A stretch of DNA of 64,000 nucleotides from Pseudomonadota bacterium (GCA_043798915.1 JAZDOG010000100.1:34122-98121), one strand, 5' to 3'. Positions 1-11,371 are shown, counted from the first letter of the stretch. Numbers and translations are program-made. Notes: a model not told the origin generated them from the sequence alone.

Positions 1-1
1 G

Positions 2-634
<633 letters not shown>

Positions 635-643
635 AAACCGGGA

Positions 644-2257
644 TCACATCCTCTTCGGTATCCTGACCTTCTTAAGCCTCCTGCGCAGGGCCATATAGGC
701 CTCAAGGGGCTCTCCCTCCTCGGCCCACGGGTTCGTGAAGAGATCGCGGATCTCCGCCTTCTTCACCACGCGTCCGACGAGCCCGTAGTAGAGCCTGTCA
801 CCGAGCATATAACCCAGCGCATGCGTGAGCGAGAGGAAGATATCCATGCGGCTGCGGAAGATGTCCGTCCTCGAGAGATATGCGCCCTTCCGCTCGAGCC
901 TCAAGTATTCCAGCAGCAGGTCTGCGGTCTCATGCTCCAGGCGGCGATCCGCCGGCACCCGCACCGTCTCGAAATAGGCCATCAGATTTTCGAAGTCCTT
1001 CTCGTGGCAGCATTTGCGCTTGTGGTTTATGAGCTTCGACCCGAAAAATCCCAGGGCCTCGTGCAGGACGTTTGCATAAAATGCGTCCACGACCGCCCTC
1101 GGCTCCTCCGGTCCGGAACAAACGCTCTTTATGAAATGGGTGGCCTCCTCGGCGGCGTGGTTGATGGAGAGGTTGGCCAGATAGACAAACTTGGCCTTCG
1201 CTATGTAGTAGCTCTCGCTGGCCATTATCTGGCGTTTGATCGCCATGATCTCCCGCTTCGTGAAATCGCCCCGCTCTCCGAGGCGCTTCAAGAAGCTCAA
1301 GTCTCCGCTCGTGAAAACCTCCACATCATCCTGCATGGCCCCAAGCCGGATGCTCAAGAAATCGCAGATCCTGTCGACGAGTTCCAGGAAGGAGGCCTTC
1401 GCGTCTGCATAGTCGATCTCCCCCTCCTCGTGCTCGAGCCAGTTCAAGTAAGATCTCTGGCAGACGACCGGAGGAGTGTGCATGCGGCAAAAATCGCCGC
1501 CCTTGAGGAGCACCGCCTCGACGCGGTCATCTATCCCCTCCCCCGCGAGCTTCCAGTAGATCGGCTCGCTGTTCTGATAGAGGATGAGGCTCCGCTTCTC
1601 GATCCCAAGGCGCCCGAGCGCCCCATCGACATCGGCCGGCAGATGCTCGGGGGCTATATGAAGGTCGCCGATGAAGACGAAGAACCTCCTGTCCGGGGCC
1701 TGTCTCACAATAGAGCCGATGAGTTTGGCCGTCGCGGCGTCGCGGGCGCGGACGTTTGAATCCTCCGGGGCGGCGTCTATCGCGAAGATGGGGATCCGGT
1801 GGTAACAGCAGAAATCGAAAAGCGGCTTGAAGTTGCCCCACAGGTCGAATACCCAGTGCTCCTTAAGCCTTATCTTCCGAAGGAAGGAGCCCTCCGATAT
1901 CCGGCCCGCGAGGTAATCGTCGAGGATCGGCTGGTGGCGCCTGTGGATCAGCTCCAGCCCCACGGCAAAATTGCGGTCGCGCTTGATCACTTCCTTGAGG
2001 ACCCTGAGGAACGACCGCTGGGACTGATTGCAGGTGTGGTAGTCGCCGACGTAGATGATGCCGGACTTGAGGACCGCGCGGATCATCTCGTCCTGGTCGG
2101 CCACGCGCTTGTAGCCCGACACGGCGCGGCGGTAGGTCCTCTCGTAGCGGCCGAAACCCGGTTCCTTGACGAGTATCGAGCGCTCGATGACCTCCCTGTT
2201 CCAGCGCCACAGCCTCTTCTGGATGGCGAGCAGTTCAGCGCGGGGTGAGTTTGACAC
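644..2257 (-). CDS. ChaN/Tiki-superfamily protein with extended C-terminal domain
   Basis: IIYVGDYH...GLEL..RRHQPILDDYLAGRISE and GDLH motifs typical of ChaN. Confidence 0.7.
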   Translation of the reverse strand: MSNSPRAELLAIQKRLWRWNREVIERSILVKEPGFGRYERTYRRAVSGYKRVADQDEMIRAVLKSGIIYVGDYHTCNQSQRSFLRVLKEVIKRDRNFAVGLELIHRRHQPILDDYLAGRISEGSFLRKIRLKEHWVFDLWGNFKPLFDFCCYHRIPIFAIDAAPEDSNVRARDAATAKLIGSIVRQAPDRRFFVFIGDLHIAPEHLPADVDGALGRLGIEKRSLILYQNSEPIYWKLAGEGIDDRVEAVLLKGGDFCRMHTPPVVCQRSYLNWLEHEEGEIDYADAKASFLELVDRICDFLSIRLGAMQDDVEVFTSGDLSFLKRLGERGDFTKREIMAIKRQIMASESYYIAKAKFVYLANLSINHAAEEATHFIKSVCSGPEEPRAVVDAFYANVLHEALGFFGSKLINHKRKCCHEKDFENLMAYFETVRVPADRRLEHETADLLLEYLRLERKGAYLSRTDIFRSRMDIFLSLTHALGYMLGDRLYYGLVGRVVKKAEIRDLFTNPWAEEGEPLEAYMALRRRLKKVRIPKRM

Positions 2258-2331
2258 GTTCGCCTTTTACCACATCCTTCAGCGAGCGGCAAAACCAAAA
2301 TGGCAGTCGAAACAGTCCGGTGAAACGAGTT

Positions 2332-4797
2332 CTAGACGCGGCCCTTTTTGTGCCTTCCCATGATGATCAGCGCCGGGACCAGGAACATGGCAGCGAAGAT
2401 GGAGGTGAATTCGCCGATGATGGCGACCACGCCGAACTGGGCCACGGCCTGGTTCGTCGAGCGGGTGAGAACGAAGTAACCGATCGTCGTCGTGAGCGAA
2501 CAGAGGACCACCGCGCCGCCGGTGTGGCGGATGACCTCCGAGACCTCGCGCTTGTCCTCCCGATAGAGGCGCATGGCGATATTGAGCGAGTAATCCACAC
2601 CTATGCCGAACGTCAACGGGAGGGCGATGAAGTTGAAGAAGTTGATGCGGATATCGAGAAGGGCCATCGCCGCGACCATGATGAGCACCGCCCAGACGAG
2701 CGCCACGAGGACGACATAGCTCTCTTTCCTCTTCCTCACAAAATAGAGGACGAAGGCGGCGACCGCCACGAAGGATGCGAGAGTGAGGATCGGCGCCTCC
2801 TCCTTCACGATCTTCACGAGGTCTGCAAAGATCAGCGATTCACCCGTTGCATGCAGGACGCGTCCGTCCGGCAAGCCGATATCCTGGACGGTCGATGTGA
2901 AGCGCATGAGGTTGCGCCCGTCCGTGAGCGGGCGCCCCGACCGCGGGTTGATATAGGCAAACGTGCCCACGTCCCCATCCAGATCCTTGAAGTTACGCAC
3001 GAGATCGTCCGGAAGATCGGAGACATCCAACACCTTCTTCTCCAGGGAACGCTTGATGCGCCGCACCTGCGCGCCGAGGTCGCCCTCCACTTCGCCGATC
3101 CAGCGTTCCGAGAGGAGCCGGTCAAAACGAGTGAGCATCGGGATCTTCGCCTGCTGGTCGGGTGGCAGAAGGTCATAGACATTGAAACAGCTGTCCACCA
3201 TCCTCTCGTCCGGCGCGAGGAGGTCGTTCTGCTTCATCACCGAGTCGCACGCGGCGGGGCCGTCCTCCCGCTTGTCCAGGAGGACCACCGCCGGGGTCAT
3301 CGACCCGACCCAGAGCTTGGCGACCCGACGCTCGAGGGCCTCGGTCCCCTCCACGGCGGAGATCCTGTTGCGCAATTTGGAAAAATCATACTCGATGGAA
3401 TTGGGAACATAGCGCCAGACTACCAATGCCGCCAGAAGAGCCATAATCGCCGAAATGATGACGATTCCGGCGGGAAAATGATTGAGCAGATTCTCCATCA
3501 CCGCGACCAGCGCGCTCTTGCGCTTTGGGCTCGAAAGCTTCCGGAATATCTTGAGGACGCTCTCGGACATCACGACCATGAGCGGCAAAAAGAGGATCGT
3601 GACGAGCCAGCAGGACATGATGCCGACAGACCCGATGAACCCGAACTGGGAAAGCCCGCGCACTCGGGCGATCATGAGAATCACGAAGGAGGCGGCTGTC
3701 GTCCCTGCAGCCAGAAACGTCGGCAAAACCGTATTGGCAAGGGCATGCTCCATCGCGAGCCTCGGATCGAGCCCGGCCTTCCTCTCCTCCAGGTATCGCC
3801 CCACGAGTATTATGCCGTAGTTGATGCCGGTGCCTATGATGATCGATGCCAGAAAAGCCGTCTGGGCATTGAGGTAGCCGATCACGATCTTCGTGACCGC
3901 GAAGGTGAGCGTTATGCCCAAGAGAAGCGTCATCCCGAGAAAGGCCACGATGCGTATGCGCAGGAAATAGACCGCTATGGCGGCGGCGACAAGCAGGATG
4001 CACAGCCCCGCCGTCGACACCATATCGTACCTGAGCGTGTCGTATTCCTCGACGGTCGTCATCACATTGCCGCAATAGCCGATGCTCATTGTGGGATCGT
4101 AGGAAGCCGGTCCCAGCCCATCCACGATGCCCTTCACCTTCGCAATGAGGTCCCTCGCCTTGTCTATCGCGATCGCCGCGCCCTGGGGCCTGATCATGAC
4201 GATGAGGAACCGACCCTCCTCGCCGCCGTAATAGCCCTGATAGGTGGCCAGCGGCATGCGGACGTTCTTCTCATTGCGCTCCCTGATGTCGTCGATCTTC
4301 AAAGTGACCGGCCGCTCCTCCTCGCCAAGATCAAAGAAGAGCGGCGACCTCTTGAATTTCTCGTAATCTACGAGCATCTTCACGCGGTCGTAGAGAATGC
4401 CGAGATCTTTGAGATCGATGTAGTGAAGGGCATTGTTCTCGTAGAATTGCCTTATCTGGCCGATGTTCGAGATGACATACCGGACTTCACCCTCGGGGAG
4501 CGCCGACACCTTTGCCGTCAGGTCGTCGGCGAACCTCATGTTGGCTTGCGGGTCAGGACTCTCGATGGTCACGGTGAGAACCGATATGCCCCCGACCCGA
4601 TCTAGCATGCGGTCCAGCCAAACCACGGCGGGAGAATTCGGCGGAAGGAGCTCCTTGAGGCTCGAACGGAGTTCAAGCCCTCCGGCCACCAGCAGCGAAG
4701 CGGCGAAGAGGGCCACGGCAAAGAAACAGCAGAGCCAGCGATGGCGGTTAGCGAACCGCAGATACCTGCAGAAAAAAATTTCCAGCCCGCTGCCCAT
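2332..4797 (-). CDS. MMPL/RND-family lipid exporter
   Basis: Two TM blocks with GTGINYGI and GIGVDYSL motifs separated by large periplasmic loops. Confidence 0.9.
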   Translation of the reverse strand: MGSGLEIFFCRYLRFANRHRWLCCFFAVALFAASLLVAGGLELRSSLKELLPPNSPAVVWLDRMLDRVGGISVLTVTIESPDPQANMRFADDLTAKVSALPEGEVRYVISNIGQIRQFYENNALHYIDLKDLGILYDRVKMLVDYEKFKRSPLFFDLGEEERPVTLKIDDIRERNEKNVRMPLATYQGYYGGEEGRFLIVMIRPQGAAIAIDKARDLIAKVKGIVDGLGPASYDPTMSIGYCGNVMTTVEEYDTLRYDMVSTAGLCILLVAAAIAVYFLRIRIVAFLGMTLLLGITLTFAVTKIVIGYLNAQTAFLASIIIGTGINYGIILVGRYLEERKAGLDPRLAMEHALANTVLPTFLAAGTTAASFVILMIARVRGLSQFGFIGSVGIMSCWLVTILFLPLMVVMSESVLKIFRKLSSPKRKSALVAVMENLLNHFPAGIVIISAIMALLAALVVWRYVPNSIEYDFSKLRNRISAVEGTEALERRVAKLWVGSMTPAVVLLDKREDGPAACDSVMKQNDLLAPDERMVDSCFNVYDLLPPDQQAKIPMLTRFDRLLSERWIGEVEGDLGAQVRRIKRSLEKKVLDVSDLPDDLVRNFKDLDGDVGTFAYINPRSGRPLTDGRNLMRFTSTVQDIGLPDGRVLHATGESLIFADLVKIVKEEAPILTLASFVAVAAFVLYFVRKRKESYVVLVALVWAVLIMVAAMALLDIRINFFNFIALPLTFGIGVDYSLNIAMRLYREDKREVSEVIRHTGGAVVLCSLTTTIGYFVLTRSTNQAVAQFGVVAIIGEFTSIFAAMFLVPALIIMGRHKKGRV

Positions 4798-5544
4798 TCA
4801 AAACTCCCGTTTGAGGATGCGGACGGATGCACCCTTCACAAAAAAAAGCGCGGCCAGAAGAAGGTTCACCGCCAGTTCGGCCCTGTACACTATGAAGCCG
4901 TCGATATTGGCCGCGTTGGGCTCGCTGAACACATACAGCGGACTTCCCAAAAACCTGCCGGATGCATCGGGCTGCTGAAAAAAAGAGGCGAGCGAAAAGT
5001 GAAACGAACTTGCCGGCCAGAATGGATATATCTGATAATTGTACGTCAACGTGTCGGCGACGATATGCAGAAAATAACCGAGCGACAGATAGAAGAATGC
5101 CCCCTTGAAGCTGATCCTGCCCATCGCCAGTCTGACCAGAGGAAGGACGATGAGAGGTATGGCGACGGCCGCAAAGGGAGTGTGAAATATATTATGCGGC
5201 CTCCACATCCCCTCGGGGATCGAGCCAGTGATGTTCAGCAGGATCGAATCGAAGACATGCGTATAAGCCGAGAGTATCTGCCCGCCTATGAGGAGGCAGA
5301 CAAAATAACTCTTTCGGTCCTCCTTCCTGTTCCAGAAGATCAGAAAAAAAAGCAGGGCGGCGTTTCCAAAGGTATCGTGGAGGTGCATCGCCCATGCGCC
5401 GGGCGGCAAAAAAATTGTCAGAGCGGAGAAAACGAGGAGAAAGAGGAGATAGTATGAGAGGCAAAGCGCGGTTTCCCTCCCGGTCGTGAGATCGACAGTG
5501 CCGGCAACAGCCGACGCGCAGGCAAAATGTCCTATCGGGGTCAT
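4798..5544 (-). CDS. YdjM-like membrane metal-dependent hydrolase
   Basis: Hydrophobic; N-terminal H, HNIFHT and GYFLHIVAD motifs. Confidence 0.65.
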   Translation of the reverse strand: MTPIGHFACASAVAGTVDLTTGRETALCLSYYLLFLLVFSALTIFLPPGAWAMHLHDTFGNAALLFFLIFWNRKEDRKSYFVCLLIGGQILSAYTHVFDSILLNITGSIPEGMWRPHNIFHTPFAAVAIPLIVLPLVRLAMGRISFKGAFFYLSLGYFLHIVADTLTYNYQIYPFWPASSFHFSLASFFQQPDASGRFLGSPLYVFSEPNAANIDGFIVYRAELAVNLLLAALFFVKGASVRILKREF

Positions 5545-5567
5545 TGTCTATTTCCTGCGAAGTTTAG

Positions 5568-6689
5568 CTAAAAAATCAACCCGTGCCGGCGGCGAAGCTC
5601 CGCCCACGCCCGCATCATGGGCACCGCAAAGGCATAGGCCAGCAGGGCAACCGCCCATCCGGCCGCAATGTCTATCACCCAGTGATGTCTGAGATAAACG
5701 GTGGAGAACCATAAGCAGGTCACGAGCGGGATGCATGCATACCACACGGCCTTGCACATCCGGTTCAGATGGCGGAAGCGGAAGGCATAGATGAGCGCCA
5801 CGGTGGAAATCCCGACATGCAGACTCGGGAAGGCGCCGCCGCTGATCACGGAGAGGCCGTCCCACGCACCCTGCAGCCGGTCGAAGAGGAAAAGGCCGTG
5901 GAGCCTCGCAGGCGTCGTGTACATCTGTTCGATGAAATACCTGGGCGGAGAGGCTGGCAGGAATACATATCCCACAAATCCCATTATGAATACGAGAGTG
6001 AGGGTCAGCGCCATATGGCGGAAATCGAACCGCCGCCCCCACAGCGAAAGCAGGAACATTATGAACAGGGGCAGCGCAAAATACATGCCGTATGAGACTG
6101 AAAGCAGATCGGTGAGAATGGGCGAAAAAAACTTCTGGGCCCAGATCGTGGGCTCGACGCCGAATATCGCAACATCCCATCCCATCAAGGTCCTCGCAAA
6201 ATCGAAATCGGTCACCTGGCCCGCCACATCGTGCAGGTTCTCGTATATGAAGACGATGAGGAGAAAGGGCACCCAGTCCCTGAGGATATGGCTTATATCC
6301 TCCCGCCACTTGGCGGGGCTCTGCCACGCCCTCATGGCCATGGCCGAGGCCATGCAGATCATGGGCAGAAGCACCGACGTCTGACAGAGGCGCACATGAC
6401 CGCCCAGCCCCAACACGGAGCCGATGAGGGCGATCGCCATGGCGATCAGGATGGCGAGGTCAAAGCCCATCGTCGCGAGCCAATACGTCGTGCGCGCTTT
6501 GACGCCGGAGACGATGCCGGGAAATCCTGCGCGAGCCCCTTCATGGAGACCGCTGAAGTCACTCCGTTCCCCGACCTCTCCCGTGGATAGATGTGAGGTA
6601 GCCATAAAGCCGGCGGATGCTATACCCGCCACCAGAAGATGACAATAAAAAAACGCTGTGGGACCAACTAGATAGGCTAAAAAAAACAT
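5568..6689 (-). CDS. PAP2/AUR1-like (inositol-phosphoceramide synthase-like) membrane phosphotransferase
   Basis: PASPPRY, AFPSLHVG and LRHHWVID motifs; many TM segments; true start uncertain. Confidence 0.8.
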   Translation of the reverse strand: MFFLAYLVGPTAFFYCHLLVAGIASAGFMATSHLSTGEVGERSDFSGLHEGARAGFPGIVSGVKARTTYWLATMGFDLAILIAMAIALIGSVLGLGGHVRLCQTSVLLPMICMASAMAMRAWQSPAKWREDISHILRDWVPFLLIVFIYENLHDVAGQVTDFDFARTLMGWDVAIFGVEPTIWAQKFFSPILTDLLSVSYGMYFALPLFIMFLLSLWGRRFDFRHMALTLTLVFIMGFVGYVFLPASPPRYFIEQMYTTPARLHGLFLFDRLQGAWDGLSVISGGAFPSLHVGISTVALIYAFRFRHLNRMCKAVWYACIPLVTCLWFSTVYLRHHWVIDIAAGWAVALLAYAFAVPMMRAWAELRRRHGLIF

Positions 6690-6738
6690 CGATCATCGGC
6701 TGTCAGCCAGGAACTGATGAACAGGGGCTGTCCAAACA

Positions 6739-6767
6739 TTGACAAAGATGCCGTATTTGCTCATAAC
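6739..6767 (+). promoter_or_regulatory. putative sigma70 promoter for GT4 operon
   Basis: TTGACA-17 nt-CATAAC. Confidence 0.45.
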
Positions 6768-6779
6768 AGCATGAATTTT

Positions 6780-7904
6780 ATGAAAATCGGCATCGTCACA
6801 GAATATTTTTTTCCCACCTTGGGTGGAATAACCGAAAATATCCACCATTTTTCGCGTGAACTCCTGCGGCGCGGCCATGATTTCAGAATAATCACGGGTT
6901 TTCGGGGAGAACCGGCTGAGATCGATCCGGAAATCAGACACAGGATGATCTTTGTCGGCCGAAATATCCCTGTTTTTTTCAACAAGTCGTGCGGCCGTCT
7001 CACCGTCGGGACAGGTTTGTCGAGGCGCGTCAGGGATATCTTGAGGGCACAGCGTTTCGACATCATCCACACCCATTCCCCGATGTTTCCAACTCTCCCA
7101 GTCATCGCCAACATGCAGACCGATGCGCCGATCGTAGGTACGTTCCACACCTGCACGAGCGGAGAACTCATCTACTATAAGCTCTATCGCAAAAAGCTGA
7201 GAACTTACCTCGAAAGGATGACGGGCCGCATCGCGGTCTCGGAATGCTGCGCGCAAGAAAATGAACGAGCGTTCGATGTGAGCTTCGACATCATCCCGAA
7301 CGGCGTGGACACGGAATGGTGGTCGAAGGGTGCAGAGAAGATCCGCAAATTCGACGACGGGCGCATCAACATCCTCTTCCTGGGCCGTCCCGACAAGAGG
7401 AACGGCCTCGACACGCTCATCAGGGCGTTCGCGCGCGTCCACCGCACAAACCCCCGCACGCGGCTCATAGTCGTGGGGGACGGTCCCCTCGCGTTTCATT
7501 TCAAACGCCTCGTCCCCGCTGATATCCGCGACGACGTCTCCTTCGAAGGCTCCGCAAGCAAGGCGCGGCGCGACTACGCCGCATCGGCCCACGTATTCTG
7601 TTTTCTCCCCTCCATCGCGTCGTTCGGCGTGACGATCCTCGAGGGGATGAGCGCCGGAAAGGCGATCATCGCATCCGACATAGAGGCATTTCGCGCGCTC
7701 GTCACACATGGGAGGAGCGCGCTTCTCGTCCCGCCCCAAGACGAGGATGCGCTGGCATCTGCGATCTCGAAACTTGCGGACGATGCCGTGTTGCGCGAGC
7801 GGCTAGGGGGCACGGCCGCAGCCGATGCCGCCCGATACGACTGGAAGCGCGTGGCCGACAGACAGCTCGCATACTACGAACAGATACTCAAATGTTCTCG
7901 ATAG
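6780..7904 (+). CDS. GT4 glycosyltransferase, PimA-like phosphatidylinositol mannosyltransferase
   Basis: MKIGIVTEYFFPTLGG, IIPNGVD, SFGVTILEGMSAG. Confidence 0.85.
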   Translation: MKIGIVTEYFFPTLGGITENIHHFSRELLRRGHDFRIITGFRGEPAEIDPEIRHRMIFVGRNIPVFFNKSCGRLTVGTGLSRRVRDILRAQRFDIIHTHSPMFPTLPVIANMQTDAPIVGTFHTCTSGELIYYKLYRKKLRTYLERMTGRIAVSECCAQENERAFDVSFDIIPNGVDTEWWSKGAEKIRKFDDGRINILFLGRPDKRNGLDTLIRAFARVHRTNPRTRLIVVGDGPLAFHFKRLVPADIRDDVSFEGSASKARRDYAASAHVFCFLPSIASFGVTILEGMSAGKAIIASDIEAFRALVTHGRSALLVPPQDEDALASAISKLADDAVLRERLGGTAAADAARYDWKRVADRQLAYYEQILKCSR

Positions 7905-7905
7905 C

Positions 7906-8871
7906 ATGAAAAAAACCGCACTCACGATCATCGGCTGGGTCATCTCCATCGCGCTTCTGGCGTCGCTGGCCACCAGGATGGATTTCAGCACGCTATGGGC
8001 CGGAATGCTCGGGGCTTCGTGGTTCTGGCTGACCGCCGCGGCAATCATCAACATCGCCGTCGTCGCTCTGAAGGCACAGCGCTGGAAACAGCTCATGCAG
8101 ACGGGGCAAAATGTGCCCTATGGGGGGATATTCAAGGCGACGGTGATAGGGATGGCCGGCAACAACGTCCTGCCAGCACGTGGCGGCGACTGGATGAAGA
8201 TATACCTCATCGACAAGTGGGCCGGCTCCGGCAAGGCGATGCTGGCATCGGTCATGGGGCTGGACAAGCTGTTCGACGGGCTCGCGATCCTCATCCTCTT
8301 CGGCTTCCTTTCGTTTCACTCGACGTTCCCGGCATGGGTGCAGCGCGGGACGATGATCGTATCGATAGTAATAGCCGTTTCGCTCGCCATCTGCATCATC
8401 CTGCTCCTGCATCATCGCCGCCTGCGCTCCGACCACCAGAAGGACACAGGGAGGCTCAGCCGGCTGGCGAGCCGCTTTGGCTCCGGGATGAGCGCACTCG
8501 CGAGCGGAAATCTGGTCGCCGCCACGATGGTGAACTCCGTGTTCATCTGCCTTTTGCAGGTAGCCACGATCTGGTGCTGCCAGATCGCGTTCGGGCAACA
8601 TCTCGATGTATGGGTCCCGGCGCTGGTCTATGTCGCCATAAATCTTGCTATCATCGTCCCGTCCGCCCCGAGCGGCATCGGCCCCTTTGAAGCCGCAGCT
8701 GTGCTCGCCTACGGATGGCTTGGGGTCCATACTGAGACGGCCGGAGGCATAACGCTCATGTATCACGCCGTGCAGTTTTTTCCGATCACGATAATGGGAT
8801 TCATATTCTACCTGGGCCGCGGCCATAGCCTGAAGTCGCCTGGACCCATGGTCGAAAAGGAGACAACATGA
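7906..8871 (+). CDS. lysylphosphatidylglycerol-synthase TM-domain (UPF0104) flippase-like protein
   Basis: NNVLPARGGD and PSAPSGIGPFE motifs; multiple TM helices. Confidence 0.85.
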   Translation: MKKTALTIIGWVISIALLASLATRMDFSTLWAGMLGASWFWLTAAAIINIAVVALKAQRWKQLMQTGQNVPYGGIFKATVIGMAGNNVLPARGGDWMKIYLIDKWAGSGKAMLASVMGLDKLFDGLAILILFGFLSFHSTFPAWVQRGTMIVSIVIAVSLAICIILLLHHRRLRSDHQKDTGRLSRLASRFGSGMSALASGNLVAATMVNSVFICLLQVATIWCCQIAFGQHLDVWVPALVYVAINLAIIVPSAPSGIGPFEAAAVLAYGWLGVHTETAGGITLMYHAVQFFPITIMGFIFYLGRGHSLKSPGPMVEKETT

Positions 8872-9689
8872 AAGACAACTACATCGTAGGAATCATCGGC
8901 GCCGGAAACATGGGTGAGGCGCTGGTCAAGGGCCTGCTCAGGTCGAACCTCGTCCGCCCCTATGAGATCATCGCCTCTGCGCACACAGCGAAACGAGTGA
9001 GGTTTCTCGAAAAGACATACGGGATCCACACGACGCGGAAAAACCTCGCGGTCACGTCCGCCAGCGACACAATCATACTGGGGGTGAAGCCCCAGGACCT
9101 CGCAGGGGTCTGCGAGAAAATCAAACCGGCGATGACGGGCGACCACCTCGTGATATCGATCGCCGCCGGCGTCGATTTCGCGCGGCTCCGCCAGATGCTG
9201 GGACCCAGGCCCCGGCTTATACGCGTCATGCCAAACCTTCCGGCCGTGATCGACGAGGGCATCAGCGCCATATTCTGCGGGCCGAGGATGCCGGAGCGCT
9301 ACCGGCGTTTCACGCACCAGATATTTCAGGCGGTGGGGCAGACGGTGGACGTGCGCGAAGAGCGCCTCATGGACGTCGTCACCGGCCTTTCCGGAACGGG
9401 CCCCGCCTACTTTTTTGCAATGATGGAGGCGCTGCAAGATGCCGGAAAAAAACTGGGGCTCACTGACCAGATGTCGCGAATGCTGACGCTGCAGACGGCC
9501 GTGGGCGCAGCCGAGATGGCCCTCCAGACCGAATTGAGCCCCAGGGAACTCAGGCGCCGCGTCACCTCCAAAAAGGGGACGACCTGGGCGGCCATGAAGC
9601 ACCTCAAACGCAAGAAGTTCTGGAACACGATGGAGGACGCGGTGCGCGTGGCGACGAAGAGGGCAAAGCAGCTCAGGAAGATCAGATGA
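8868..9689 (+). CDS. proC: pyrroline-5-carboxylate reductase
   Basis: GIIGAGNMG, VKPQ, RVMPNLP, TGLSGTGPAY, VTSKKGTT. Confidence 0.95.
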   Translation: MKDNYIVGIIGAGNMGEALVKGLLRSNLVRPYEIIASAHTAKRVRFLEKTYGIHTTRKNLAVTSASDTIILGVKPQDLAGVCEKIKPAMTGDHLVISIAAGVDFARLRQMLGPRPRLIRVMPNLPAVIDEGISAIFCGPRMPERYRRFTHQIFQAVGQTVDVREERLMDVVTGLSGTGPAYFFAMMEALQDAGKKLGLTDQMSRMLTLQTAVGAAEMALQTELSPRELRRRVTSKKGTTWAAMKHLKRKKFWNTMEDAVRVATKRAKQLRKIR

Positions 9690-9716
9690 GCGTGGCGAAA
9701 TTTGCGCAACAGGCCC

Positions 9717-10352
9717 TTATCTCATGTTCTTCCTGACCGGCGTTCTCAATTCAACATCCAGTGGTGCTGATACAAACGCTGGGGCCCAGAACGCGTCCGA
9801 TTCAAAGTCACGACGACAATTCTCAATACTATCCTTGATTGAAGGTGCCGATGTGGGCGCGACGACCGCTGGGGACGAAGGAAGAATCCGATAATCCACG
9901 CGGTATGTGCCGGACTCGGGCGGAGTCCAGAATCCCCCGCTACAACCCCAGTCACGAAACACCATCGTTTTTGATTCATTTGGTTTGAGTTTCAGCACGG
10001 CTTGTGAAGGATTCTCCTGGTCCATAACACACTGGCACGAGTGAAACATTACCCGGCGCCCACCGGAGGGCACGCGGGTAAAGACCAAACCATGCTCACC
10101 CAAGTTTCTGAGAGATATCTCATCTAAACCCTTATTTTGAATCGCGACCTCAACTGAGCCCTCCAGTGCCGTGACGGGAGTTTTGGTCCTGGGGAAGTGA
10201 TAACTGGCCAATCGCAGAGGCTGTATGATGCGAAGGGAAACCGCCACGGAGCCGCGAGCTGCGAGAGCTGCAGGCGGAGAGAACACCCCGGCAACAAAAA
10301 ACGCCAGAAAGAATATGCGCCCAATGAAAACTGATCGTTGCTTGAAAGTCAC
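9717..10352 (-). CDS. hypothetical secreted Cys-containing protein
   Basis: N-terminal signal-like segment ending ALA; no recognised family. Confidence 0.55.
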   Translation of the reverse strand: MTFKQRSVFIGRIFFLAFFVAGVFSPPAALAARGSVAVSLRIIQPLRLASYHFPRTKTPVTALEGSVEVAIQNKGLDEISLRNLGEHGLVFTRVPSGGRRVMFHSCQCVMDQENPSQAVLKLKPNESKTMVFRDWGCSGGFWTPPESGTYRVDYRILPSSPAVVAPTSAPSIKDSIENCRRDFESDAFWAPAFVSAPLDVELRTPVRKNMR

Positions 10353-10389
10353 TACCCCTCCCCGCGCCTACAGACGCGATTCCTCTTGG

Positions 10390-10698
10390 TCAACGCAGCA
10401 TTCCACGGCCGATATCGAGGAGGATTCCGCCCACCACCGTGTCCAGGATGACGAGCAGGATCAGAACGATGATTGGCGATATATCTATGCGTATGCGAAG
10501 CAGAGCGGCCGGAAGGATGCGACGGACAAATCTGAAAGCCGGCTCGGTGAGGCCAAAGAGGATTCTGACGATCGGGTTGTACGGATCCGGGTTCACCCAT
10601 GAGATCAGCGCTGCGACGACGACGATCATGGTGTAGATGTTGATGACGAGGCCCACGACTTTCGCCAGGGCGATGATGAGATAACCCAAGACCGACAT
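10390..10698 (-). CDS. yggT: YggT-family membrane protein
   Basis: SWVNPDPYNPIVR..LTEP...IDISP. Confidence 0.92.
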   Translation of the reverse strand: MSVLGYLIIALAKVVGLVINIYTMIVVVAALISWVNPDPYNPIVRILFGLTEPAFRFVRRILPAALLRIRIDISPIIVLILLVILDTVVGGILLDIGRGMLR

Positions 10699-11071
10699 AT
10701 TGCCTCCGTGATCAACAGTCAGCTATCAGACGCTTCTTGATAGCGTTGATTTGGTCAAGACCATATCAACAAATGGAGTTAATTTGGTCGGAACACTTCT
10801 CACATTAAAAACTTATAAGTAAAAACAGCTAGTTAGAATAGCTAACGTCCTGAACGTTAGCAAGTAATTATTAACAGACCACCAGCCACGACTTGCTCCG
10901 TCTGACCGGTTTTTCATTTCAGGTATGAAAATGTCGGAAAATGTAGTAATTGTGCACATTGGAAGACGACCTGTGGATGTGTTTAAAAAAGATGAAAGGA
11001 ATTCCGCTGACTCATACCGCGGCATGAAGGTCGCTGTTTTCGGCGGGTTCCCTGTAATTTCTATCCAGTTG

Positions 11072-11371
11072 ATGAAACCTCAGATTCATGAAAAAGATGG
11101 CGGTCTGACGCTCGAATGCATCGTGAGCCCGCGCGCTGGAAGGAGCGCCATCAAGGGCGTGCGCGACGGGGCTCTCCTCGTCGCCTTGGCCGCCCCGCCG
11201 GTCGAAGGCAGGGCAAACGAGATCCTCGTTCGGTTCATCGCCGAACTCCTCTCCATATCGCCATCACGCGTCGGGCTCGTTCGCGGCGGGCGTTCAAGAA
11301 AAAAACTGTTATTTATCAGCGGCATAGATAAAAAGGCGGCGCTGAAAAAACTTTACTTTATGGGCGAGTAG
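11072..11371 (+). CDS. yggU: DUF167/YggU protein
   Basis: AAPPVEGRANE and G.RSRKK motifs. Confidence 0.88.
   Translation: MKPQIHEKDGGLTLECIVSPRAGRSAIKGVRDGALLVALAAPPVEGRANEILVRFIAELLSISPSRVGLVRGGRSRKKLLFISGIDKKAALKKLYFMGE

Noticed and set aside
2245..4605. 786-aa plus-strand ORF and many other long antisense ORFs (e.g. 20341-21786, 22794-23993, 24333-25607)
   Set aside because: Shadow frames of well-supported genes in GC-rich DNA; no motifs
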